Source: Candidatus Staskawiczbacteria bacterium
GTDB lineage: Bacteria > Patescibacteriota > Minisyncoccia > Minisyncoccales > Staskawiczbacteraceae
DNA: 44,566 nt
Direction of reading: 5' to 3'
Assembly: GCA_049513595.1 (NCBI GenBank)
Contig: JBEKVX010000003.1
Location: forward strand, 1 to 44,566
Shown: positions 36,075 to 44,566 of the stretch, piece after piece
Layout: every line of letters begins with the position of its first letter
Numbering within the stretch: the stretch's first letter is position 1
Program-made: the position numbers and the translations under genes
Notes under the pieces: model-generated
What the model was told of the DNA's origin: nothing
Databases searched by the model: none
The model's input: the letters and a program-made list of their open reading frames with translations, nothing else

Positions 36075-37334
36075 ATGAAAACAGAAAGTAAAAAACTGCC
36101 GAAAAGCCAAATTGAAATAACGTTTGAGTTGACGCCAGAAGAATTTAAAGAGCACATGGCGCACGCCGTGGATCATTTAAAACATCACGTAAAAGTTGAT
36201 GGATTTCGCCCCGGAAAAGCGCCGAATAATTTGGTTGAAGAAAAAATAAAACCAGAAGCGCTTTTGATGGAAGCTGGCGACCATGCGGTCCAGCACGTTT
36301 ACAGAAATTATGTGATTGAAAATAAATTGGAGCCGGTGGGAAACCCGGAAGTTAAAATAATAAAAATTGCGAATGGAAGCGAGTTTATTTTTACTGCAAC
36401 AATCACGGTTTTGCCTGACGTTGAATTGCCAAATTACAAAGAAATTGCAAAAAGTGTGAAGGGAAAAGATATTGAAGTTACAGAACAGGAAGTTCAAGAC
36501 ACTTTAAACTATTTGCAAAAATCCCGCGCAAAAATGAGTTTGAAAAATGATGTTGCCGCGTTGAAAGATTTTGTTGAGATAGAATATTCTTGCAAGGAAA
36601 TTGAGAATGGTAAATTGGTGAAAGACCAGTTTATCTTGGGTGAAGGCGGATTGATAAAAGGTTTTGAAGAAAATGTTGTTGGCATGAAGGCAGGCGAAGA
36701 AAAAACATTTATAATTAAGTTTCCAGAGAAATCTCCGTTAGCGGGAAAAAACGGAGAATTTAAAGTAAAAGTAATTTCTGTACAGAAAATGGAGTTGCCG
36801 GAAATAAATGATGAATTTGCAAAACAGCTGGGTGCTTTCGAAACATTGGTGGCTTTGAAAACCAGCATGAAAGAAGGAATTAAAATGGAAAAAACAGAAG
36901 AAGAAAAACAGAGAAAACGCGCAGAAATTTTGGAAAAAATTGCCGAAAAATCAAAGTTTGAAATGCCGGTTGCAATGGTTGAATATGAGCAGACGCGGCT
37001 TTTGGATGACTTAAAAAATAAAATTACGCAAAGCATAAAAATTAGTTTTGAAGAATATTTGGCAAGCATTAAAAAAACAGAAGAAGAAATTAAAGAAACA
37101 TATAAAAAAGAAGCGGAAAAGCGTTTGCGCGGATTTTTGGTTTTGAGAGAGCTCGGGAAAAGAGAAAATGTTGTTGTCTCTAACAAAGAAGTGGAAGACG
37201 AGGTGGCAAAATCCATAAAGAATTATTCCAAGGAAGATTTAAACAAAATTGACATAAACGAGTTAAAAGAGTATACTAAAGGCGTGATACAAAATGAAAA
37301 AATTTTTCAAATTTTGGAAAACTTTTCTAAGTAA
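36075..37334 (+). CDS. tig: Trigger factor
   Basis: GFRPGKAP ribosome-binding motif, FKBP-like domain (LIKGFEE..VGMK.GE), upstream of clpP. Confidence 0.95.
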   Translation: MKTESKKLPKSQIEITFELTPEEFKEHMAHAVDHLKHHVKVDGFRPGKAPNNLVEEKIKPEALLMEAGDHAVQHVYRNYVIENKLEPVGNPEVKIIKIANGSEFIFTATITVLPDVELPNYKEIAKSVKGKDIEVTEQEVQDTLNYLQKSRAKMSLKNDVAALKDFVEIEYSCKEIENGKLVKDQFILGEGGLIKGFEENVVGMKAGEEKTFIIKFPEKSPLAGKNGEFKVKVISVQKMELPEINDEFAKQLGAFETLVALKTSMKEGIKMEKTEEEKQRKRAEILEKIAEKSKFEMPVAMVEYEQTRLLDDLKNKITQSIKISFEEYLASIKKTEEEIKETYKKEAEKRLRGFLVLRELGKRENVVVSNKEVEDEVAKSIKNYSKEDLNKIDINELKEYTKGVIQNEKIFQILENFSK

Positions 37335-37381
37335 ATCACACGTATTAATAGTAGAATAACGAATATAAACTTAAAAATTAA

Positions 37382-37963
37382 ATGCCAATAGTACCAACTA
37401 TTGTAGAACGTTCGCAGCGCGGTGAGCGCGTATACGATATATTTTCACGGCTTTTAGAAGAGCGCATTATTTTTCTTGCGGGTCCTGTTTCCGACATGAA
37501 CGCAAACGTGGTGATTGCCCAGATGCTTTATTTAGCATCAAAGGACCAAAAAAGAGATATTAAGCTTTACATAAACAGCCCAGGAGGTTCGGTTACAGCG
37601 GGATTAGCAATTTACGATACAATGCAGTATTTAAAATGCCCTGTTTCCACTATTTGCATCGGCCTTACGGCTTCAATGGCGGCAGTTATTTTGGCAGCTG
37701 GAACAAAAGGAAAAAGATTTTCCTTGCCCAATGCTGAAACACTTTTGCACCAGGTTGCCGGAGGCATGCAAGGGCAGGCGGCAGACATTGAAATTACTGC
37801 AAAACAGATTGTAATGATGAAAGAAAAATTAAATAAAATTTTGTCAGTGCATACAGGCCAGCCAATAGCCAAGGTGGAAAAGGATACTGACAGGGACTTT
37901 TATTTAACCGCAGAAGAAGCCAAAAAATACGGACTAATTGACGAAGTAATCGGCGGAAAGTAG
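37382..37963 (+). CDS. clpP: ATP-dependent Clp protease proteolytic subunit
   Basis: [31 protein letters not shown]. Confidence 0.97.
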   Translation: MPIVPTIVERSQRGERVYDIFSRLLEERIIFLAGPVSDMNANVVIAQMLYLASKDQKRDIKLYINSPGGSVTAGLAIYDTMQYLKCPVSTICIGLTASMAAVILAAGTKGKRFSLPNAETLLHQVAGGMQGQAADIEITAKQIVMMKEKLNKILSVHTGQPIAKVEKDTDRDFYLTAEEAKKYGLIDEVIGGK

Positions 37964-37996
37964 AACCTAAATAAAAAATATATTTCACGTATAAAA

Positions 37997-38024
37997 AAGC
38001 TCACCATGCTAGGTGAGTTGTTTT
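37997..38024 (+). terminator. Hairpin between clpP and rny (terminator or leader)
   Basis: AGCTCACC-ATGCTA-GGTGAGTT-GTTTT. Confidence 0.5.
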
Positions 38025-38071
38025 GTTAAAAATAACGGAAAAGTCGAAGAATAATAATAAAATAAAAATTT

Positions 38072-39604
38072 ATGGATCAGATTATATTAAGTATTATAGT
38101 GGCAGTGTCGGCCTTGATAGTCGGTTCTGTCATTGGATATTACATCAGGCAGAATTTAGCCAAAAGAAGAGCTGGCACGCTTGAGGCAAAACTGCAGAAA
38201 AGAGTTGTTGATGTCAAAGAAGAAACATCAACAATGATAAAAAATGCAGAAAAAAAGTCCGCAGAAATTTTAGATAAGTCGCAAAAAGACATTGACGAAA
38301 GAAGAAGAGAATTTTTGAAGGCGCAGCAGCTTTTATTGGGCAGAGAGACCTTGTTAAACGAACGGCTCGCTTCTTTTGAAGCAAAGGAAAAAGATATCCA
38401 GGATAAAGGCGAAAAATTGAAAGTCATAAAAGAAAATTTAGAACAATTAAGGAGCGAGGCGGAAGGCAAATTAGAAAAAGTTGCTAATCTTTCCCGAGAA
38501 GACGCTAAAAAAGAATTGCTGGCTTTGGTTGAAATTGAAAGCGAAAAAGAAATTTTAGAAAGAATGAAAAAATTGGAGGAAAGGGGCCAGGAAAAATTGC
38601 AGGCAAGAGCAAAAGAAATTGTTTCTCTGGCAATTCAAAAATGCGCGGTTCCTCAAACGCAGGAATTGACAACAACAACCGTAATTTTAGCCAACGAGGA
38701 CTTGAAAGGCAGAATTATCGGAAAAGAAGGCAGAAATATCAGGGCATTTGAAAAATTGACCGGCGTTGAACTTATTGTTGACGAGACGCCAGAGTCGGTT
38801 GTAATTTCCGGATTTAATCCAATTCGCAGGCAGATTGCCAAGGTTGCTTTAGACAAATTAATTGCCGATGGCAGAATTCAGCCGGCAAAAATTGAAGAAA
38901 AATATGAAGAAGCAAAACAAGAAATTTCCCAAAAAATAAAAGAAGCGGGAGACAAAGCTGCCTACGATGTGGGAGTTATCGGGCTAAACGACAAGCTTGT
39001 ACAAATTTTAGGACGGCTTTATTACAGGACAAGTTATGGCCAGAACGTTTTATTGCATTCAATGGAAGTAGCTTTAATTGCTGAAACAATCGCAGAGGAA
39101 TTGGGGGCTAACAGCCAGGTTGCAAAAAGAGCGGGCTTATTGCACGACATCGGCAAAGCAATTGACCAGCAGATACAGGGCTCGCACATTGAAATTGGAA
39201 TTAAAATTTTAGAAAAATTCGGCGAGTCCGAAGCCGTAATAAAAGCAATGAGGTCGCACCATGGCGACTATCCCGCAGAGACATTGGAGGCATCAATTGT
39301 TACCGTGGCTGACGCAATTTCAAGTTCGCGTCCCGGCGCCAGAAAAGACACCCTGGAAAATTATTTGCAGCGCCTAAAAGAATTGGAAGACATTGCAAAT
39401 AAATTTGAAGGCGTTGAAAAAACATATGCCATTCAGGCAGGCAGAGAAATTCGCGTGTTTGTTAAGTCAGACAGAGTTGACGACCTGGGAGCCGCAAAAA
39501 TTGCGAGGCAAATTGCAGCGGAAATTGAAGAAGAATTAAAATACCCGGGAGAAATTAAAGTTGTGGTCATCAGAGAAAACAGAGTGATAGAATACGCCAG
39601 GTAA
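38072..39604 (+). CDS. rny: Ribonuclease Y
   Basis: N-terminal TM, coiled coil, KGRIIGKEGRNIR (KH domain), LLHDIGK (HD domain), RPGAR, QAGREIRV. Confidence 0.97.
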   Translation: MDQIILSIIVAVSALIVGSVIGYYIRQNLAKRRAGTLEAKLQKRVVDVKEETSTMIKNAEKKSAEILDKSQKDIDERRREFLKAQQLLLGRETLLNERLASFEAKEKDIQDKGEKLKVIKENLEQLRSEAEGKLEKVANLSREDAKKELLALVEIESEKEILERMKKLEERGQEKLQARAKEIVSLAIQKCAVPQTQELTTTTVILANEDLKGRIIGKEGRNIRAFEKLTGVELIVDETPESVVISGFNPIRRQIAKVALDKLIADGRIQPAKIEEKYEEAKQEISQKIKEAGDKAAYDVGVIGLNDKLVQILGRLYYRTSYGQNVLLHSMEVALIAETIAEELGANSQVAKRAGLLHDIGKAIDQQIQGSHIEIGIKILEKFGESEAVIKAMRSHHGDYPAETLEASIVTVADAISSSRPGARKDTLENYLQRLKELEDIANKFEGVEKTYAIQAGREIRVFVKSDRVDDLGAAKIARQIAAEIEEELKYPGEIKVVVIRENRVIEYAR

Positions 39605-39614
39605 AGAGCAAAGA

Positions 39615-39652
39615 GTAATTCAAAAACCGCCCGAAGGCGGTTTTTGAATTAC
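39615..39652. terminator. Bidirectional intrinsic terminator
   Basis: GTAATTCAAAAACCGCC-CGAA-GGCGGTTTTTGAATTAC between convergent genes. Confidence 0.88.
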
Positions 39653-39954
39653 AATCTTTGTTTTTCTATAAACACAAATCTTCTGTCTGAAATAGTGTGC
39701 TGTAAAATAATTCCAATTCCCAATGCAATGTAAAACAATGAGTCGGGAAAATTATTTTTTAAATAAAATATAATTCCAATTATTATAAATATCAAGCCAT
39801 AAGCGCTGTGATGGACGTGATATCCGAAAAGAATTTCATGATGCCTGTAATATTTTGCCCGCAATTCTTTATTTGTTTTTAAAATGAACTCAAAAAGTAT
39901 AGTGGCAACCCAGCCAGTTAGTAATCCTGCTAAAATTATTAAAATAATATTCAT
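39649..39954 (-). CDS. Small membrane protein
   Basis: Three hydrophobic segments and a GYHVHHS.YG motif. Confidence 0.7.
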   Translation of the reverse strand: MNIILIILAGLLTGWVATILFEFILKTNKELRAKYYRHHEILFGYHVHHSAYGLIFIIIGIIFYLKNNFPDSLFYIALGIGIILQHTISDRRFVFIEKQRL

Positions 39955-40021
39955 TAAGTTATTCTACCAAAAAATCGCCCGAGCAAGAAGAGCCGGACGG
40001 TTTTTGTTTATAGAGAGAAAA

Positions 40022-40279
40022 TTATTTTTCCTGTATGCCAGAAGCATTCAAATAGCCGGATTTAAAAGCAAGTTTTAGATTTTCTAAAAACTTTATTCCG
40101 TCTTTTGGAAAAAGTTTTGCCCCTTCGTTTTTTAAATAATCAGGAATGCCTTCTTTTTTCAAGTTTTCAATGAAAATCTTTTCTCCTTCACAGGTTACTT
40201 TCTTATTTTCTAATCTGCATACTGCAATTATATCTTTTGAGCCATTGTTTTGAATTTTATAAATTTCTACAAATTTCAT
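40022..40279 (-). CDS. Hypothetical protein coupled to the kinase gene
   Basis: Starts 2 nt after the kinase stop. P.DG.KFLENL...F.SGYL.A. Confidence 0.7.
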   Translation of the reverse strand: MKFVEIYKIQNNGSKDIIAVCRLENKKVTCEGEKIFIENLKKEGIPDYLKNEGAKLFPKDGIKFLENLKLAFKSGYLNASGIQEK

Positions 40280-40281
40280 GA

Positions 40282-41181
40282 TTATTTTTTTGGCTGAAAT
40301 TTTAATTCTTTTTTAGAACCTGTTGTGATACTACCTTTACTTGCTATAATACGGCCTATTGTTTCTATGCGTCCCAAGCATGCTTCTACCTCCCCAGGTT
40401 TTAAAAGTTCTGATAATAAATCTTTTAATACCTTTTGTTTGTCTTCTTGGGAGAGAAAGCTTTCAAATTTTTCTTTCAATTCATCTGGTATGGAAACATC
40501 CCAGAATTTTCCGTAATTTCTTCTTAATTTGTCTGGCGCAAATGCTAATCCGTTATCAATTGCATATACTTTATCATCCTTCACTAAAAAATTTCCCCCA
40601 TGCCGGTCTGAATTATAAATGATATAATCAAAAATCCAAAGTTTTAATAATTCTCCTTGAAGCTGTCCGCCTTTGATTCTCTCTCTTTCTTTTCTGCCTT
40701 TTCTTTTCCATTGCGTTCCTACTAGTTCCCTTGCAAAAAGAGTTTCTGCATCAGGAACAAATTGTTGAAAACTTCCCTCGGCGCCATTTATTGTGCGGAT
40801 TACGGTTGGTGGTATTAAATCAAATCCTAAAAACTTATCGACAAGATAAGCAGCCCTTTCTCTTAAATAATAAGTGCCGGCCTCCGCATTTTTTCTTAAT
40901 GGTCTGTTTCTCTCCGGCAGAAATTTATTCTCTCCGTTTCCAGGTTTGAATATTCCCGACCCGTCATCTTTTAATTCAATAAAACAAGCTTCATTAATCC
41001 CTCCTTCTAGCCATGAACTGGTTGTGTTTTCCCTAGTTTCTAATAATTCTTCTTCAGGGGTTTCTAACGGGGACCTCGTTCTTTCTGCTTTTATTTCTTG
41101 AGGTGTTTCTTTCTGGCCCTCTGGATTTTTAGATAAGAAATCTTCTGTTTCAAACATTCTATGAGATTTTGGACCTGGCAT
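40282..41181 (-). CDS. PI3/PI4-kinase-like (type II PI4K / SCO1664-like) protein
   Basis: GIN, IFKP..GE, RERAAYLVD, PPTV, GSFQQFV, DRHGGNFL, AIDNGLAF. Confidence 0.8.
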   Translation of the reverse strand: MPGPKSHRMFETEDFLSKNPEGQKETPQEIKAERTRSPLETPEEELLETRENTTSSWLEGGINEACFIELKDDGSGIFKPGNGENKFLPERNRPLRKNAEAGTYYLRERAAYLVDKFLGFDLIPPTVIRTINGAEGSFQQFVPDAETLFARELVGTQWKRKGRKERERIKGGQLQGELLKLWIFDYIIYNSDRHGGNFLVKDDKVYAIDNGLAFAPDKLRRNYGKFWDVSIPDELKEKFESFLSQEDKQKVLKDLLSELLKPGEVEACLGRIETIGRIIASKGSITTGSKKELKFQPKK

Positions 41182-41211
41182 AGTGGCAATGTTTTAACAT
41201 TTTTATTATAG

Positions 41212-41282
41212 AGCGGGTAAGGGGAGTCGAACCCCTCTCATTAGCTTGGAAAGCTAAGGTAATACCGATATACGATACCCGC
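41212..41282 (-). tRNA. tRNA-Gly(TCC)
   Basis: GCGGGTA/TACCCGC stem, TTAGC-TTTCCAA-GCTAA anticodon arm. Confidence 0.93.
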
Positions 41283-41293
41283 ATTAATTTATG

Positions 41294-41364
41294 TCGGGGA
41301 GCCGAGATTCGCACTCGGGATAAACGCTCCCAAAGCGTTCGTGTTACTGCTACACCACTCCCCG
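41294..41364 (-). tRNA. tRNA-Pro(TGG)
   Basis: CGGGGAG/CTCCCCG stem, AACGC-TTTGGGA-GCGTT anticodon arm, variant T-loop TGCGAAT. Confidence 0.9.
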
Positions 41365-41439
41365 TTCATAAAATTATTCTAACTGAAAATATCGATATTG
41401 TCAAAGAGAAAATTTTATGATAATATTCTAAATATGAAA

Positions 41440-41511
41440 GCCCCTGTAGTTCAACGGATAGAACATAGGTTTTCTAAACCTAGAATCGAGGTTCGATTCC
41501 TCGTGGGGGCA
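41440..41511 (+). tRNA. tRNA-Arg(TCT)
   Basis: GCCCCTG/TGGGGGC stem, TAGGT-TTTCTAA-ACCTA anticodon arm, T-loop TTCGATT. Confidence 0.92.
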
Positions 41512-41530
41512 CACAAAAAGAATTAATTAT

Positions 41531-41605
41531 GGCGGCTATGGTGTAATGGCAGCACAGGACTCTGTGGCAGTCCCAGTACGGGTCCGAATCCCGTTAGCCG
41601 CCCCA
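41531..41605 (+). tRNA. tRNA-His(GTG)
   Basis: G-1:C73, GGACT-CTGTGGC-AGTCC anticodon arm, encoded CCA. Confidence 0.92.
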
Positions 41606-41639
41606 ACAGTTTCCAGCCCTTCGATAATTGGAGGTTTCC

Positions 41640-42203
41640 ATGAAAAATCTAGCGGTGTTTGTTTCGGGAACCGGCTCGCTTCTTGAGGCGATGATTGCAG
41701 ACAATCTCACTATCGCCCTCGTGCTGGCGGACCGGGAATGCCGTGGTCTGGAAATTGCCAGGGCTGCTGGAATACCGGCCGAGCTCGTTAAGCGCACAAG
41801 TTTTGGGAGGAGCTTTGATCGCCGTGCGTACACCTTGACAGTCGTCTGCGTACTCAAATGCTACAAAATCAAATTAGTAGCAATGGCGGGATTCATGACG
41901 GTGTTAGACCCTGTCATTTTCCAGCGCGGCTATCGGGGAAGAATTCTCAACACTCATCCCGCGCTGCTCCCCGCGTTCAAGGGAGACCACGCAGTTGCAG
42001 ACGCCCTGAAATACGGCGCGATGATTTCTGGCTGCACCATTCACATTGCAACCGAAGAACTTGATGCGGGAAAAATCCTTGCCCAAGAAGCGGTGGTTGT
42101 TATGCCCGGTGACACCAAAGATAAGCTTCACGAGCGTATCAAGCAAGCGGAACGCCGGCTGTATCCCCTTACGATACGGCAGTTTATGGAAGCAATCGAA
42201 TAG
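41640..42203 (+). CDS. purN: Phosphoribosylglycinamide formyltransferase
   Basis: AVFVSGTGS, MAGFM, LNTHPALLP.F.G, SGCTIH...ELDAG.I.AQ. GGAGGT before ATG 41640. Confidence 0.9.
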   Translation: MKNLAVFVSGTGSLLEAMIADNLTIALVLADRECRGLEIARAAGIPAELVKRTSFGRSFDRRAYTLTVVCVLKCYKIKLVAMAGFMTVLDPVIFQRGYRGRILNTHPALLPAFKGDHAVADALKYGAMISGCTIHIATEELDAGKILAQEAVVVMPGDTKDKLHERIKQAERRLYPLTIRQFMEAIE

Positions 42204-42291
42204 GTCTGCTGTTGCGGGCTTCTTTTTTTGTTTTTTTAGAATATTTAATGTATAGTTAAATATAATTATTAATAAAATTAAAATAAAAATT

Positions 42292-42696
42292 ATGAAAGGA
42301 TTTTGTTCAAATATAGAAAAGGATACAATAGAGAACGAAAATTTTAGAAAAGTTCTCTATACGGCAAAACATTGCCAATTGGTTTTGATGACATTAAAGC
42401 CAAACGAAGAAATTGGCATGGAAGCTCATCCTGACAACGACCAGTTTTTTAGAATTGAAAAAGGCCAAGGAAAAGTTATTATTGACGGAAACGAATATGA
42501 CATTACAGACGGTTCAGCAGCAATTGTGCCAGCCGGTGCGCAACACAATGTCATAAATGTTTCTGCCACAGACGAATTAAAACTTTACACAATTTATTCG
42601 CCGGCGCATCATGTTGACGGAATTGTTAGAGCAACAAAAGCTGAAGCCGAGGACCCTGCCAATGATGAAGAATTTGATGGCAAAACCACGGAGTAA
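42292..42696 (+). CDS. Cupin domain protein
   Basis: QLVLM.L.P.EEIG.E.H...DQFFRIE.G.G, VPAG..HNV.N. Confidence 0.9.
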   Translation: MKGFCSNIEKDTIENENFRKVLYTAKHCQLVLMTLKPNEEIGMEAHPDNDQFFRIEKGQGKVIIDGNEYDITDGSAAIVPAGAQHNVINVSATDELKLYTIYSPAHHVDGIVRATKAEAEDPANDEEFDGKTTE

Positions 42697-42713
42697 TTTT
42701 TAAGAAAACAAAG

Positions 42714-42771
42714 AACAACACCGCTAACGGCGTTGTTTTTTTGTTGACAACGTAAATATTTGTAGTAATAT
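42714..42771 (+). promoter_or_regulatory. Terminator abutting a sigma70-like promoter
   Basis: AACAACACCG-CTAA-CGGCGTTGTT plus T-tract, then TTGACA 42744-42749 and TAATAT 42766-42771. Confidence 0.55.
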
Positions 42772-42841
42772 TTTGGTAGGTGTTTGTTTTTTGTCCCCTT
42801 TTTTGAGAGGTACGCCTCTCAAAATCAGAAAGGAGGAGGGT

Positions 42842-43474
42842 ATGCCCTCAACCACAGGACTTAAACTGCTTGTTCGGAAAAGTCAGCTCACAAACAAGGA
42901 TTGGATTGCCCTCGTGGAGGCTCGCCAGAAGTTCATTAAGCCGCACTTGGATTCGTTCACTCTTATTATGCTCGGACAGTTGGAATGTCTCCGAATGGAA
43001 CACTACCAGCACGACTTGGCGCTTGATGGGCCATCTATTCAAAGCCCCGAAGGATTTTCTCTAGAGACGCAGGGAATTTTTCGCATTCAGCCGTTTGATG
43101 CGATAGAGTACTTTCCAAATACCGGCCATCGACCAGGTCGGGGCGGAATTGCAGTTCCCGATGGGATAAAACGAATTTGGGGACTCACACGTGCTGGCTC
43201 GTGGGTTGTGGCCAAAGTATCTTTTGTTGGCCAGGCTGGCTACAAAGAGCGTGGACGTGAAAGAGCGACAAACGTGGAGATCAGACCATTTGACCTGGCC
43301 GGCATGATTGCCGAGACAAAAGAAAGTCCGCAGAGGATTTTTACAGAGCTCGGTATGGCGGTCAAGAGGTGGGAAGAACGTCGTAGGCAGCTCCACAACG
43401 AAGCTCGACGCCTGTGCGATCAGTTTGAGATAGAGGCATATATGCTTTCGTTGATTGATTCTGGAAAGGAGTAA
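42842..43474 (+). CDS. GC-richer orphan protein
   Basis: AGGAGGAGGG before ATG 42842. Leader hairpin at 42801-42824. No recognisable family. Confidence 0.7.
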   Translation: MPSTTGLKLLVRKSQLTNKDWIALVEARQKFIKPHLDSFTLIMLGQLECLRMEHYQHDLALDGPSIQSPEGFSLETQGIFRIQPFDAIEYFPNTGHRPGRGGIAVPDGIKRIWGLTRAGSWVVAKVSFVGQAGYKERGRERATNVEIRPFDLAGMIAETKESPQRIFTELGMAVKRWEERRRQLHNEARRLCDQFEIEAYMLSLIDSGKE

Positions 43475-43483
43475 GGCAAACAC

Positions 43484-43512
43484 GGCCCGAAGATGGAACT
43501 CCGGGCTTTTTT
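43484..43512 (+). terminator. Intrinsic terminator
   Basis: GCCCG...CGGGC followed by a T-tract. Confidence 0.6.
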
Positions 43513-43544
43513 ATTTTTGGGCAATATTGTATAATAAAAAATCC

Positions 43545-44566
43545 ATGCAGTTTTCGAAGTGGGAAAACATTTTTGTTGTGTTAATAATGACGGCAATTTT
43601 GACAGCCGGCATTTCTTTTGCTTTGCGTGACAAAGTTAATTTTATCAGCCAGGCAGCAGCGGTTTCTAACAATACTTCAACCGCGGCAAGCCAAATTCCT
43701 GTGGTTTCTCCGCCACCGCCGCCTCCTCCGCAAAAATTATCCAATCCGCCGGAAATTATAAAATCAGTTTATGTCACCGGATATTCTGCCGGAATAAAAT
43801 CATATCTTAATTATTTGAGCTTGCTTTTCAAAAATACAGAAATAAATGCAGTGGTGGTTGATATAAAAGGCAGTGATGGTCGCGTGTCTTACGCCTCCGC
43901 TGCCGGAGATGTTAAAAAATATAATCTTACTGATTATGCAATACCGGACATTGACGCATTGGTTAAATTTTTTCACGACCAGAATATTTACGTTATAGGA
44001 AGAATAGCTGTTTTTGAAGACCCGGTTTATGCAAAAGCGCGACCCAGCTTAGCAATTTATGACAAAACAAAGACCACTGATTTGTCAGCACCAGTTTTAT
44101 GGCGAGACAATAACGGAATATCGTGGTTAGACCCTGCGTCAAAGGATGTTTGGGATTATGATATTTCTTTGGCAAAAGATGCATTTTATAATGGATTTGA
44201 TGAAGTAAATTTTGATTATGTAAGATTTCCTTCCGATGGGAAAATGGAAAATGCGGGTTATCCTGTTTGGGACCAAAAGGTGCCGATGTCAGAAACGATA
44301 AAAAATTTTTTCCAATATATAAGGAATAATTTGCCCGATGAAAAAATATCCGTTGATTTGTTTGGTTTAACGACAGTTAATTCAGACGATATGGGCATCG
44401 GCCAGGTAATTGAAAACGCCTTTGAAACTTTTGATTATGTCTCGCCCATGGTTTATCCCTCTCATTACGCCAACGGATTTATTGGTTTTAGCAATCCGGC
44501 AGAACATCCGTATGACGTTATAAAATATTCAATGACACAGGCCGAGGCCAAAGAACAAAATTTTTT
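43545..44566 (+). CDS. Putative glycoside hydrolase (DUF4015-like), 3'-truncated by the window
   Basis: Not in the ORF track because there is no stop. TM and poly-Pro linker, then INAVVVDIK..DG, GRIAVFEDP, GFDEVNFDYVRFPSDG, SPMVYPSHY. Confidence 0.8.
   Translation, partial: MQFSKWENIFVVLIMTAILTAGISFALRDKVNFISQAAAVSNNTSTAASQIPVVSPPPPPPPQKLSNPPEIIKSVYVTGYSAGIKSYLNYLSLLFKNTEINAVVVDIKGSDGRVSYASAAGDVKKYNLTDYAIPDIDALVKFFHDQNIYVIGRIAVFEDPVYAKARPSLAIYDKTKTTDLSAPVLWRDNNGISWLDPASKDVWDYDISLAKDAFYNGFDEVNFDYVRFPSDGKMENAGYPVWDQKVPMSETIKNFFQYIRNNLPDEKISVDLFGLTTVNSDDMGIGQVIENAFETFDYVSPMVYPSHYANGFIGFSNPAEHPYDVIKYSMTQAEAKEQNF

Noticed and set aside
354-44184. Many antisense or overlapping ORFs in the track (e.g. 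1056-1814 +, 27817-28422 -, 36509-37216 -, 43511-43744 -)
   Set aside because: They are shadows of well-supported genes on the other strand or frame and have no motifs.
1-44566. Alternative genetic code (UGA=Gly), prophage, IS transposase, DGR, rRNA
   Set aside because: TGA terminates clear genes (e.g. 4920, 35176) and conserved ORFs are intact in code 11. No phage, transposase, reverse transcriptase or rRNA signatures were seen by eye.

Overview
AT-rich chromosomal window in genetic code 11 (TGA is used as a stop). Gene content and style point to a Patescibacteria/CPR genome, probably Parcubacteria (inference): a VirB4/PrgI/VirB6-like/pilin cluster, comM, rpsO-NYN-pnp, hppA, leaders without Shine-Dalgarno (SD) sequences and many orphans. 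Housekeeping genes are rsmA, pnp, rpsO, cca, nusA, hppA, tig, clpP and rny, and there are 8 tRNAs. The main unexplained structures are: (1) an HTH + LAGLIDADG-like gene between a tRNA 5' stub and an intact tRNA-Lys, resembling a tRNA-targeting mobile element; (2) a 14-bp motif ATATCGCTACGCTA repeated three times just before start codons of accessory genes; (3) two related 30-bp palindromes nested in frame in the nusA tail; (4) an ~85-nt hairpin directly upstream of pnp; (5) four GC-richer, SD-led single-gene units in a largely SD-less background; (6) a DUF262 protein with a HEPN-like RxxxxH tail and two kinase-like orphans. All calls were made by eye from motifs, with no database search.
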